63,351 nucleotides of DNA, filler included, from an uncultured Methanosarcinales archaeon (GCA_964434885.1; 4 parts of 4 records of this genome joined end to end with filler, not necessarily neighbours in it), one strand, 5' to 3'; positions 49,401 to 59,295 are shown, counted from the whole stretch's first letter. The notes: generated by a model not told the origin, from the sequence alone. Numbers and translations: made by a program.

Positions 49401-50818
49401 CGATGAAATACAAAAAAGTTTTGTTTGTAATTCCTAAAGTTCAAGCTAGTTATGCTGCTAAGCTAGATCCACATTTAGGGGTAGCTTATTTAACTGCAGT
49501 TTTGCAGGAAAAGGGGATTGAAGTAGAAATATTTGATTTTGCCTTAGATTATCATTTTCGTGAATTAGTAGAAAAAGTTAATAAATTTAAACCAGATTTA
49601 ATCGGAGTAACATTGTTTAGTTTTGATTTTGTTAATTCGTATCAGTTGATTGATAAGATTAAAACTTCGGGAATTCCGGTAGTTGTAGGAGGAGTGCATG
49701 TTTCTTCTACTAAAGAAGATGTACTGAAAAAGACTCAGGCAGATTATGCATTGTATGGGGAAGCAGAAAATTCCATCATTGAATTGTGTGAAGGTAAAGC
49801 CCTAGATAAAATTGGAGGCTTAATTTATCGTGCAGAAGGTAAAATTAAATTAAATCCACTTGCCCCTTTGCTACATGATTTAGATAAAATTCCTTTTCCG
49901 GCCTGGGATAAATTTGAATTAGAAAAATATACTTATCCCCAAGAAGGGAGGTTGCAAATTGCTACCTCTAGAGGATGTCCTTACAATTGTGTGTATTGTG
50001 CAGTTAAGCTTTCTATGGGCTTAGGTTTTAGGCCAAGGAGTCCAGAAAATGTAGTTTCGGAGATTGAATATTGGTATCGGCAAGGTTATAATTTTTTTGA
50101 GTTTGTAGATGACTGTTTCACCTTAGATATGGGTAGGGCTAAAACAATTTGTGATTTGATAGTCAAGAGAGGGCTGAAAATTAAGTGGAATTGTGCTAAT
50201 GGAATTAGAGCTGATCGAGTGGACGAAGAATTGTTGTTGAAAATGAAAAAGGCTGGATGTGAATTTGTAGCCTATGGCTTAGAAACGGGTAGCGAGCGAG
50301 TATTAAAAAAAATAAAGAAAAGTATCACTTTGGAAAAATCTAAAGAAACTTTTGCTTTGACCAAAAAAGTGGGTTTGAAATTTGCCGTCAATTTTATTAT
50401 TGGGTTACCAGGAGAAACTTATGAAGATGCCTTGAAATCTATTAAATTAGCGGAAGAAGTGCCGGCAGATTATGTTAATTTTTCTAATATGGTACCTTAT
50501 CCTGGAACAGAAACTTATGAGTATATCAAGAAAAATGGTAAGTTCTTATTAGCAGAAGAAACTTACTTAACTGAATCCACTACAAAATTAGGAAATCCTG
50601 TTTTTGAAACTCCTGAATTCAGTTTTGTAGAAAGGAAAAAAGCATTAAAGAAAGGGCGCGGAGTAGCTAAAAAAATGCATTTACAATATCGATTGGGTAA
50701 CAAAGTAGGTTTGTTAGCATATCAACTTGCTAGGTCTGACATTTTGTATAATTCTTTTCGCCGAGTAATTTCTGGTTCCACACAATTAAAGAAAATATAC
50801 AATAAATTAAAAAAATGA
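49397..50818 (+). CDS. B12-binding-domain radical SAM protein (class B methyltransferase-like)
   Basis: PHLGVAYL, VVVGGVH, GEAE, SRGCPYNCVYC, FVDDCF, GLETGS, FIIGLPGET, PYPGT. Confidence 0.92.
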   Translation: MTMKYKKVLFVIPKVQASYAAKLDPHLGVAYLTAVLQEKGIEVEIFDFALDYHFRELVEKVNKFKPDLIGVTLFSFDFVNSYQLIDKIKTSGIPVVVGGVHVSSTKEDVLKKTQADYALYGEAENSIIELCEGKALDKIGGLIYRAEGKIKLNPLAPLLHDLDKIPFPAWDKFELEKYTYPQEGRLQIATSRGCPYNCVYCAVKLSMGLGFRPRSPENVVSEIEYWYRQGYNFFEFVDDCFTLDMGRAKTICDLIVKRGLKIKWNCANGIRADRVDEELLLKMKKAGCEFVAYGLETGSERVLKKIKKSITLEKSKETFALTKKVGLKFAVNFIIGLPGETYEDALKSIKLAEEVPADYVNFSNMVPYPGTETYEYIKKNGKFLLAEETYLTESTTKLGNPVFETPEFSFVERKKALKKGRGVAKKMHLQYRLGNKVGLLAYQLARSDILYNSFRRVISGSTQLKKIYNKLKK

Positions 50819-51078
50819 TAAATTATAAAAAATTATATTCTGGAGAACACCTGAAAAGAATTGATTCTCGGTGGACTTATGAGAAATGGAGTTATAGGTT
50901 TTCTTTTGAAACCAAGATGAAGTATATTGTTAAGTTATTGGAGAAAGTACCTAAACATTGTAAGATTTTAGATGCTGGTTGTGGTCAAGGGTTATTGGTG
51001 GAAGAATTTAAGCGAAGAGGTTATAATATTTGTGGGATTGATGCTTTTTATTCTTCTGAGTTATTTAGGGAGATTTGA
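50815..51078 (+). pseudogene. Truncated class I SAM-dependent methyltransferase
   Basis: Motif I ILDAGCGQG and GID, then an abrupt stop at 87 aa. Confidence 0.75.
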
Positions 51079-52198
51079 AAAGAAACAAAGAATCCCAAAT
51101 AAATACTCCAAGAATAAAATTTTATCTTTCATCCAAACCAATAATTTGGATATCACTCAATTAAAACGGATTGGAAATGATGGCTACTTAGCCTCACAAA
51201 AAAGGGAAAAATCTATTCTTTTGAAGTTAAAAGATTCGGAAGAGTTAGCTGAATTGATTGGAATCATTCTTGGTGATGGAGAAATAAAGAAAGATGGATC
51301 CATAAGAATATCTTTTGATCCAAAGAAAGATCGGGATTTTCTTTTCCGAAGAGTATTCTACTTAATCGACCATTTACTTAAAAACCAAATCAGATACGAA
51401 AGTTACAAAAGAATTTGTTTTGGAAACATGCCATTTATCAAATATTTGAAGTTTTATTGTAAATTAGAACCAGGAAGTAAATTTGAACATAATTGGGAAA
51501 TTCCGAGTTGGTGTTTTGAAAAGAAAGAATATTTATCAGCAGTTTTAAGGGGGTTGTTTGATACAGATGGTTATTTTGGTTATTGTAATGGTTCAACCGA
51601 ATTAATGTATGGTAGATTCTCAAGTAGATCTACAAAACTAGTTAAAAGTATGGAAAAAGCGTTAACTACATTAGGATTAAAACCATCGATTACACAATCA
51701 AAAGATCAGCAATATAGAGTAAGATTCCATTCAAAAGCCAACATACTAATTTTTTTTAAATTCGTGGGAACCTCTAACATCAAACACATTGTTAGATTCT
51801 TACTTTGGAGAATAAAAAGATATGAAGCCAAAATAGAAAAAGAAGGATTAAACAGATTAATTGGAATTCTTCAGGATTCGTTAGATTTAACTGTAGGAAA
51901 AATAAATTTACCTTTTTTGTGGAATTTAAACCAAGAATATTCGTTGTTAGAATTTATCACTAATGATGAAACATTTCTGGAAACCCAAAAACTACGAAAA
52001 TCTTATAAATGGAGTTTATTATTGAGTGATATATCAAATGATTTGGGAGTTACCCTCACATCAAGATTATTAGCAACAACTGAAAGAAACTTAAGAAGGT
52101 GGCGCCAAGGGACAAGAACTCCCAAACACAACAAATTACCAAAAATATTAAAAATAGCTGAAGAAAATAAACTAAACTTAAATAGATATCAGATTTAA
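50972..52198 (+). CDS. Free-standing double-motif LAGLIDADG endonuclease-like protein with a C-terminal HTH; true start uncertain
   Basis: LAELIGIILGDG and VLRGLFDTDG; C-terminal TTERNLRRWRQGTRTP; no intein terminal residues. Confidence 0.8.
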   Translation: MLVVVKGYWWKNLSEEVIIFVGLMLFILLSYLGRFEKKQRIPNKYSKNKILSFIQTNNLDITQLKRIGNDGYLASQKREKSILLKLKDSEELAELIGIILGDGEIKKDGSIRISFDPKKDRDFLFRRVFYLIDHLLKNQIRYESYKRICFGNMPFIKYLKFYCKLEPGSKFEHNWEIPSWCFEKKEYLSAVLRGLFDTDGYFGYCNGSTELMYGRFSSRSTKLVKSMEKALTTLGLKPSITQSKDQQYRVRFHSKANILIFFKFVGTSNIKHIVRFLLWRIKRYEAKIEKEGLNRLIGILQDSLDLTVGKINLPFLWNLNQEYSLLEFITNDETFLETQKLRKSYKWSLLLSDISNDLGVTLTSRLLATTERNLRRWRQGTRTPKHNKLPKILKIAEENKLNLNRYQI

Positions 52199-52199
52199 A

Positions 52200-52919
52200 A
52201 TGGCTAAGCAAGTTGTTGAATCACTTGTACCTGGAGGAGCAGCGACAGCAAGTCCTCCCCTTGGTCCCTCTCTCGGGCCTTTAGGGGTAAACATTGGTGC
52301 AGTTGTAGCTGAAATAAACAAGAAAACTGCCTCTTTTAAAGGGATGCAAGTACCTATCAAAGTTATTGTAGATGATGAAACCAAAGAATTTTCTATTACT
52401 ATTGGAACTCCACCGGCTAGTTCTTTGATTAAAAAAGAAGCTGGTTTGAAAAAAGGATCTTCTAATCCACTAGCAGATAAAGTAGCTGATTTGAAAATTG
52501 AGCAGATTATTAAAATCGCTAAGATGAAAGAAGATAATTTACTTGGAAAAGATTTGAAAAGTAAAATTAAAGAAATTATCGGGACTTGTCAATCAATGGG
52601 AATCAAAGTGGAAGGGGTTGATGCCCTTGATGCTGTTGGATTGGTAAATTCTGGTAAATTTGATCAGGAAATTAAAGAGGAGAAAACTGAACTTTCAGCT
52701 GAAGAATTAAAAGAATTAGAAGAAGAAAAGAAGAGAATGGCTGAAGAATTAGCAGAGAAAAGAGCAGAGTTTGAGAAAACAGCTAAAGAGATTATGGCTA
52801 AGATGGAAGGTAAGGAGAGTAACAAAATTAGGGCCAAATTATCAGAAGCAGAGATTCCTCAACCAATTATTGATGAATTAGTTCCACCAGAGAAGAAAGA
52901 AGAAGGGGCAGCGAAATAG
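52200..52919 (+). CDS. rpl11: 50S ribosomal protein uL11 with a charged C-terminal extension
   Basis: VPGGAATASPPLGPSLGPLGVNIG, GMQVPIK, TPPASSLI, IIGTCQSMG. Confidence 0.95.
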   Translation: MAKQVVESLVPGGAATASPPLGPSLGPLGVNIGAVVAEINKKTASFKGMQVPIKVIVDDETKEFSITIGTPPASSLIKKEAGLKKGSSNPLADKVADLKIEQIIKIAKMKEDNLLGKDLKSKIKEIIGTCQSMGIKVEGVDALDAVGLVNSGKFDQEIKEEKTELSAEELKELEEEKKRMAEELAEKRAEFEKTAKEIMAKMEGKESNKIRAKLSEAEIPQPIIDELVPPEKKEEGAAK

Positions 52920-52986
52920 TTTTTTTGGTGCAATGGCCGACGATGAAAAAAGTTTATCGGAAAGCTATTTTTAGTGGGAGATTATC

Positions 52987-53478
52987 ATGACAGACGAGAA
53001 GAGAAGAAAAAAAATATTTGTAACTGTAGGAAATGGTAAATTTGAAACTTTGATTAAAGAAATTGATCGATTAAAAGGGACTGGTTTAATAACGGAAGAA
53101 GTGGTAATCCAATTAGGGCATGGGGAATATAAACCCAAAAACTGTCAGTGGTTTACTTTCGAATCACCATTAGATAAATATTACGAAGATGCAGATTTAA
53201 TTATCAGTCATGGGGGGCCAGGAATTGTTTTTGAAATTTTACGTAGAGGAAAAAAATTGATTGCTGTACCTAACCGAGATCGAACTGACCCAAACCATCA
53301 AGTAGAATATTTAAGAGCTATGGCTCAAGAGACTTCGGCTTTGATTTATTGTGATCAAATTAAGTTATTGGAAAGTTGTTTGAAAAAAGCAGAAAACCAT
53401 ATTTTTGCACAATACAATCAACCAGAATGCAAAATGCATGATGTAGTGAAAGCTTATTTAAAACAAAATGTTCAATAA
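52987..53478 (+). CDS. Alg13-like subunit (duplicate copy)
   Basis: Same translation as 47618..48109. Confidence 0.8.
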   Translation: MTDEKRRKKIFVTVGNGKFETLIKEIDRLKGTGLITEEVVIQLGHGEYKPKNCQWFTFESPLDKYYEDADLIISHGGPGIVFEILRRGKKLIAVPNRDRTDPNHQVEYLRAMAQETSALIYCDQIKLLESCLKKAENHIFAQYNQPECKMHDVVKAYLKQNVQ

Positions 53479-54769
53479 AATTATTCAAAAATTCACAAAA
53501 AAGCAAGGGGAAACTTCTTCCCACTTAATTAAGACTTTTTTTGTTTATGGTTTTTTCACTTTGGCAGTGTTGTTAAGTCGAGTGTTGATTGCTCGTTTTT
53601 ATGGACAAGAATTTTTAGGAATCTTTACTTATTTCTTTAGTTTAGTTAGTTTAGTTTTTTTGTTTACTTCGTTTGGCTTACCAGAAGCAATTACTCAAAC
53701 AATTATCAAAGATTCTTCCCGCTTGAAACAAGCACTAAAATATTATTTACCTTTAATTAGTTTAACTACTGTTCTCTTTGTAGTTTTAACTTTAATTATT
53801 ACTAACTATTTTAATTTGAATCCGACATTAAAATATTTTGATGTTGCTGTAATTTTGTATTTAATAATTTATACTTTTTTTTATACAACTTATTCAATTT
53901 TACGTGGATTTAAAAAATTTGTAGCTGGTTCATTTTATTCATTGGTTGGTCGAGTTTTTTTCATAATTTTTATTCTTCTCTCTTTTTACTTCTCATTAAG
54001 TTCAATTTATATTCTGTTTGGAATATCGTTGTCAGTTTTGATTAGTGGTGTTATTTCACTTCCCCAAATAACTAAATTATTTGAAAAAACAAAATCCCAT
54101 TGGAATCAGAAAAAATTCTTATACTTGGCCTTTTCATTATTCTTGATGCAAGTTGGGTTTTATTCTCTACGGTTTATTAGCGAGATTGTAATTGGATACT
54201 TAGTTGATTTTCAAAGTTTAGGTTTATATTCAGCTCATTCTTCAATTACCAATACAGTTCGTTTAGTAGCCTATGTTTTTCCAGTAGTGGTTTTGCCAAT
54301 GGCAGCAATTAGTAAATTTAAACTGAGAACCTCATTGAAAAAAATTTTAGGAGTGTTGGTCCCTTTTGCATTATTAGTTTTAATGGCAGCTTATATTTTT
54401 GTTCCATTATTTTATGGGGCAGGATATAAATCTCAAAACCTGCCTTTGGCTTTAGTTTTTTCATCAACTTTGTTAGTGGTGTATTCTTATTTGAATTCTG
54501 TATTGGTGGGAGAAAATGTTTTTTCTAAAAAATATTTGAAAATTATTGGTTTCGATTTTATTCTTTCATTATTAGTTAACACTAGTTTAAATGTTTGGTT
54601 GATACTAAAATGGGGGATAATTGGGGCCCCAATTGCGACTGCAATTACAATAATCTTAAAAATATTATGGAATCTGTATGGGATTAAGCAAATGAGAAGA
54701 AGAAATAATTCAAAAAAACCATATTCAGTTAATAATAACAATAGGAATACCAATAATAAGAATAATTGA
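53468..54769 (+). CDS. Wzx-like flippase (duplicate copy)
   Basis: Same translation as 48099..49400. Confidence 0.78.
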   Translation: MFNKIIQKFTKKQGETSSHLIKTFFVYGFFTLAVLLSRVLIARFYGQEFLGIFTYFFSLVSLVFLFTSFGLPEAITQTIIKDSSRLKQALKYYLPLISLTTVLFVVLTLIITNYFNLNPTLKYFDVAVILYLIIYTFFYTTYSILRGFKKFVAGSFYSLVGRVFFIIFILLSFYFSLSSIYILFGISLSVLISGVISLPQITKLFEKTKSHWNQKKFLYLAFSLFLMQVGFYSLRFISEIVIGYLVDFQSLGLYSAHSSITNTVRLVAYVFPVVVLPMAAISKFKLRTSLKKILGVLVPFALLVLMAAYIFVPLFYGAGYKSQNLPLALVFSSTLLVVYSYLNSVLVGENVFSKKYLKIIGFDFILSLLVNTSLNVWLILKWGIIGAPIATAITIILKILWNLYGIKQMRRRNNSKKPYSVNNNNRNTNNKNN

Positions 54770-56187
54770 CGATGAAATACAAAAAAGTTTTGTTTGTAAT
54801 TCCTAAAGTTCAAGCTAGTTATGCTGCTAAGCTAGATCCACATTTAGGGGTAGCTTATTTAACTGCAGTTTTGCAGGAAAAGGGGATTGAAGTAGAAATA
54901 TTTGATTTTGCCTTAGATTATCATTTTCGTGAATTAGTAGAAAAAGTTAATAAATTTAAACCAGATTTAATCGGAGTAACATTGTTTAGTTTTGATTTTG
55001 TTAATTCGTATCAGTTGATTGATAAGATTAAAACTTCGGGAATTCCGGTAGTTGTAGGAGGAGTGCATGTTTCTTCTACTAAAGAAGATGTACTGAAAAA
55101 GACTCAGGCAGATTATGCATTGTATGGGGAAGCAGAAAATTCCATCATTGAATTGTGTGAAGGTAAAGCCCTAGATAAAATTGGAGGCTTAATTTATCGT
55201 GCAGAAGGTAAAATTAAATTAAATCCACTTGCCCCTTTGCTACATGATTTAGATAAAATTCCTTTTCCGGCCTGGGATAAATTTGAATTAGAAAAATATA
55301 CTTATCCCCAAGAAGGGAGGTTGCAAATTGCTACCTCTAGAGGATGTCCTTACAATTGTGTGTATTGTGCAGTTAAGCTTTCTATGGGCTTAGGTTTTAG
55401 GCCAAGGAGTCCAGAAAATGTAGTTTCGGAGATTGAATATTGGTATCGGCAAGGTTATAATTTTTTTGAGTTTGTAGATGACTGTTTCACCTTAGATATG
55501 GGTAGGGCTAAAACAATTTGTGATTTGATAGTCAAGAGAGGGCTGAAAATTAAGTGGAATTGTGCTAATGGAATTAGAGCTGATCGAGTGGACGAAGAAT
55601 TGTTGTTGAAAATGAAAAAGGCTGGATGTGAATTTGTAGCCTATGGCTTAGAAACGGGTAGCGAGCGAGTATTAAAAAAAATAAAGAAAAGTATCACTTT
55701 GGAAAAATCTAAAGAAACTTTTGCTTTGACCAAAAAAGTGGGTTTGAAATTTGCCGTCAATTTTATTATTGGGTTACCAGGAGAAACTTATGAAGATGCC
55801 TTGAAATCTATTAAATTAGCGGAAGAAGTGCCGGCAGATTATGTTAATTTTTCTAATATGGTACCTTATCCTGGAACAGAAACTTATGAGTATATCAAGA
55901 AAAATGGTAAGTTCTTATTAGCAGAAGAAACTTACTTAACTGAATCCACTACAAAATTAGGAAATCCTGTTTTTGAAACTCCTGAATTCAGTTTTGTAGA
56001 AAGGAAAAAAGCATTAAAGAAAGGGCGCGGAGTAGCTAAAAAAATGCATTTACAATATCGATTGGGTAACAAAGTAGGTTTGTTAGCATATCAACTTGCT
56101 AGGTCTGACATTTTGTATAATTCTTTTCGCCGAGTAATTTCTGGTTCCACACAATTAAAGAAAATATACAATAAATTAAAAAAATGA
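54766..56187 (+). CDS. B12 radical SAM protein (duplicate copy)
   Basis: Same translation as 49397..50818. Confidence 0.85.
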   Translation: MTMKYKKVLFVIPKVQASYAAKLDPHLGVAYLTAVLQEKGIEVEIFDFALDYHFRELVEKVNKFKPDLIGVTLFSFDFVNSYQLIDKIKTSGIPVVVGGVHVSSTKEDVLKKTQADYALYGEAENSIIELCEGKALDKIGGLIYRAEGKIKLNPLAPLLHDLDKIPFPAWDKFELEKYTYPQEGRLQIATSRGCPYNCVYCAVKLSMGLGFRPRSPENVVSEIEYWYRQGYNFFEFVDDCFTLDMGRAKTICDLIVKRGLKIKWNCANGIRADRVDEELLLKMKKAGCEFVAYGLETGSERVLKKIKKSITLEKSKETFALTKKVGLKFAVNFIIGLPGETYEDALKSIKLAEEVPADYVNFSNMVPYPGTETYEYIKKNGKFLLAEETYLTESTTKLGNPVFETPEFSFVERKKALKKGRGVAKKMHLQYRLGNKVGLLAYQLARSDILYNSFRRVISGSTQLKKIYNKLKK

Positions 56188-56447
56188 TAAATTATAAAAA
56201 ATTATATTCTGGAGAACACCTGAAAAGAATTGATTCTCGGTGGACTTATGAGAAATGGAGTTATAGGTTTTCTTTTGAAACCAAGATGAAGTATATTGTT
56301 AAGTTATTGGAGAAAGTACCTAAACATTGTAAGATTTTAGATGCTGGTTGTGGTCAAGGGTTATTGGTGGAAGAATTTAAGCGAAGAGGTTATAATATTT
56401 GTGGGATTGATGCTTTTTATTCTTCTGAGTTATTTAGGGAGATTTGA
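56184..56447 (+). pseudogene. Truncated methyltransferase (duplicate copy)
   Basis: Same translation as 50815..51078. Confidence 0.7.
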
Positions 56448-57567
56448 AAAGAAACAAAGAATCCCAAATAAATACTCCAAGAATAAAATTTTATCTTTCA
56501 TCCAAACCAATAATTTGGATATCACTCAATTAAAACGGATTGGAAATGATGGCTACTTAGCCTCACAAAAAAGGGAAAAATCTATTCTTTTGAAGTTAAA
56601 AGATTCGGAAGAGTTAGCTGAATTGATTGGAATCATTCTTGGTGATGGAGAAATAAAGAAAGATGGATCCATAAGAATATCTTTTGATCCAAAGAAAGAT
56701 CGGGATTTTCTTTTCCGAAGAGTATTCTACTTAATCGACCATTTACTTAAAAACCAAATCAGATACGAAAGTTACAAAAGAATTTGTTTTGGAAACATGC
56801 CATTTATCAAATATTTGAAGTTTTATTGTAAATTAGAACCAGGAAGTAAATTTGAACATAATTGGGAAATTCCGAGTTGGTGTTTTGAAAAGAAAGAATA
56901 TTTATCAGCAGTTTTAAGGGGGTTGTTTGATACAGATGGTTATTTTGGTTATTGTAATGGTTCAACCGAATTAATGTATGGTAGATTCTCAAGTAGATCT
57001 ACAAAACTAGTTAAAAGTATGGAAAAAGCGTTAACTACATTAGGATTAAAACCATCGATTACACAATCAAAAGATCAGCAATATAGAGTAAGATTCCATT
57101 CAAAAGCCAACATACTAATTTTTTTTAAATTCGTGGGAACCTCTAACATCAAACACATTGTTAGATTCTTACTTTGGAGAATAAAAAGATATGAAGCCAA
57201 AATAGAAAAAGAAGGATTAAACAGATTAATTGGAATTCTTCAGGATTCGTTAGATTTAACTGTAGGAAAAATAAATTTACCTTTTTTGTGGAATTTAAAC
57301 CAAGAATATTCGTTGTTAGAATTTATCACTAATGATGAAACATTTCTGGAAACCCAAAAACTACGAAAATCTTATAAATGGAGTTTATTATTGAGTGATA
57401 TATCAAATGATTTGGGAGTTACCCTCACATCAAGATTATTAGCAACAACTGAAAGAAACTTAAGAAGGTGGCGCCAAGGGACAAGAACTCCCAAACACAA
57501 CAAATTACCAAAAATATTAAAAATAGCTGAAGAAAATAAACTAAACTTAAATAGATATCAGATTTAA
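56341..57567 (+). CDS. LAGLIDADG-HTH protein (duplicate copy)
   Basis: Same translation as 50972..52198. Confidence 0.75.
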   Translation: MLVVVKGYWWKNLSEEVIIFVGLMLFILLSYLGRFEKKQRIPNKYSKNKILSFIQTNNLDITQLKRIGNDGYLASQKREKSILLKLKDSEELAELIGIILGDGEIKKDGSIRISFDPKKDRDFLFRRVFYLIDHLLKNQIRYESYKRICFGNMPFIKYLKFYCKLEPGSKFEHNWEIPSWCFEKKEYLSAVLRGLFDTDGYFGYCNGSTELMYGRFSSRSTKLVKSMEKALTTLGLKPSITQSKDQQYRVRFHSKANILIFFKFVGTSNIKHIVRFLLWRIKRYEAKIEKEGLNRLIGILQDSLDLTVGKINLPFLWNLNQEYSLLEFITNDETFLETQKLRKSYKWSLLLSDISNDLGVTLTSRLLATTERNLRRWRQGTRTPKHNKLPKILKIAEENKLNLNRYQI

Positions 57568-57568
57568 A

Positions 57569-58288
57569 ATGGCTAAGCAAGTTGTTGAATCACTTGTACC
57601 TGGAGGAGCAGCGACAGCAAGTCCTCCCCTTGGTCCCTCTCTCGGGCCTTTAGGGGTAAACATTGGTGCAGTTGTAGCTGAAATAAACAAGAAAACTGCC
57701 TCTTTTAAAGGGATGCAAGTACCTATCAAAGTTATTGTAGATGATGAAACCAAAGAATTTTCTATTACTATTGGAACTCCACCGGCTAGTTCTTTGATTA
57801 AAAAAGAAGCTGGTTTGAAAAAAGGATCTTCTAATCCACTAGCAGATAAAGTAGCTGATTTGAAAATTGAGCAGATTATTAAAATCGCTAAGATGAAAGA
57901 AGATAATTTACTTGGAAAAGATTTGAAAAGTAAAATTAAAGAAATTATCGGGACTTGTCAATCAATGGGAATCAAAGTGGAAGGGGTTGATGCCCTTGAT
58001 GCTGTTGGATTGGTAAATTCTGGTAAATTTGATCAGGAAATTAAAGAGGAGAAAACTGAACTTTCAGCTGAAGAATTAAAAGAATTAGAAGAAGAAAAGA
58101 AGAGAATGGCTGAAGAATTAGCAGAGAAAAGAGCAGAGTTTGAGAAAACAGCTAAAGAGATTATGGCTAAGATGGAAGGTAAGGAGAGTAACAAAATTAG
58201 GGCCAAATTATCAGAAGCAGAGATTCCTCAACCAATTATTGATGAATTAGTTCCACCAGAGAAGAAAGAAGAAGGGGCAGCGAAATAG
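57569..58288 (+). CDS. rpl11: Ribosomal protein uL11 (duplicate copy)
   Basis: Same translation as 52200..52919. Confidence 0.9.
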   Translation: MAKQVVESLVPGGAATASPPLGPSLGPLGVNIGAVVAEINKKTASFKGMQVPIKVIVDDETKEFSITIGTPPASSLIKKEAGLKKGSSNPLADKVADLKIEQIIKIAKMKEDNLLGKDLKSKIKEIIGTCQSMGIKVEGVDALDAVGLVNSGKFDQEIKEEKTELSAEELKELEEEKKRMAEELAEKRAEFEKTAKEIMAKMEGKESNKIRAKLSEAEIPQPIIDELVPPEKKEEGAAK

Positions 58289-58383
58289 TTTTTTAGTTTT
58301 TAATTAATTATTATTGTATTTCTTGTAAAATATTGGTGTTGGTTTGTATGTTTTCAAATAAGTTAAAAATAAGAATAATGTGT

Positions 58384-58602
58384 TTATCTCTTTAATCTTT
58401 CAATCTCTTTGATTTCTTCTTTTTTAACAGAAAGAAGTACTTGAGCCAATTTATTTAAAGTATCTCCTAGTTCTTTGGCTTTGTTAAGATTTTTCATTAA
58501 AAGAACAACGACAACAATAATCTCTACTAAAACAATAAATCCAATCATTGCTAAAGCAAAGACAACTTCAATCAACGGGATATCAATTCCAAAGACTAAC
58601 AT
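58384..58602 (-). CDS. Small membrane protein
   Basis: One long TM helix and a short coiled tail; GAGG RBS. Confidence 0.7.
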   Translation of the reverse strand: MLVFGIDIPLIEVVFALAMIGFIVLVEIIVVVVLLMKNLNKAKELGDTLNKLAQVLLSVKKEEIKEIERLKR

Positions 58603-58656
58603 TTTGACCTCTTTTGTTTAGTTATTTTTTATTTAATTATAAATGTTTTGTTTAAT

Positions 58657-59116
58657 TTATTTTAGCTGGTTAGCTTTTTTTCGGTGTTTAATTTTATCTA
58701 TAATTTTGTGTTCCACGATAACAACTTCTTTTTCTACCCATCTGAATAAGAGTAAAGTTAAAATCATTCCAATAACTACAATAGCAGCAATAAGAGGGAT
58801 TATCCACATCCCATAAACTTGAACTCCTGATTTGATCTTGGTAATTGTAGTAGTTGTTAATTTTTTAGTGTATGTGGAAATGGATTGGAAAAAAGAAGGG
58901 CCTTCTTTTTTTGTTGTTTTTACTGATTTAATTGTAAATGTGTCTTTGATTTCTGTTTTTGTTGGTGTTGTTTTGGGGAGAGAAGTTGCTTTACCGGCTA
59001 AGCTTTTTGTTTTTTTTGTTTCTTGTTTAATTGTTGAAGAAGTGGTTTTTTTGTTTTTATCTTTCCCCAAAGTTACTTCGAACTCATTCTTGACAATTGG
59101 TTGGTCTCCTTTGTAG
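58657..59116 (-). CDS. C-terminal fragment of a surface protein (T/K linker + TM anchor)
   Basis: Frame runs towards the linker; C-terminal TM and basic tail. Confidence 0.6.
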
Positions 59117-59216
59117 NNNNNNNNNNNNNNNNNNNNNNNNNNNNNNNNNNNNNNNNNNNNTTAATTAATTAANNNNNNNNNNNNNNNNNNNNNNNNNNNN
59201 NNNNNNNNNNNNNNNN
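59117..59216. other. Artificial contig linker
   Basis: N run + TTAATTAATTAA + N run. Confidence 0.98.
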
Positions 59217-59295
59217 TCTCCTAATTGGGCTTTTATTTCTGGGGTTAATTGCATTTTAGTATGCTTTTTTTAATTTGTTAAAAATATTTCTGAAA

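Larger units (their letters stand above)
47553..58294. repeat. Tandem direct duplication, unit 5369 bp (about 47553-52921 and 52922-58294)
   Basis: Six ORFs repeat with identical translations at offset 5369; junction in a T run after the rpl11 stop. Confidence 0.95.
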
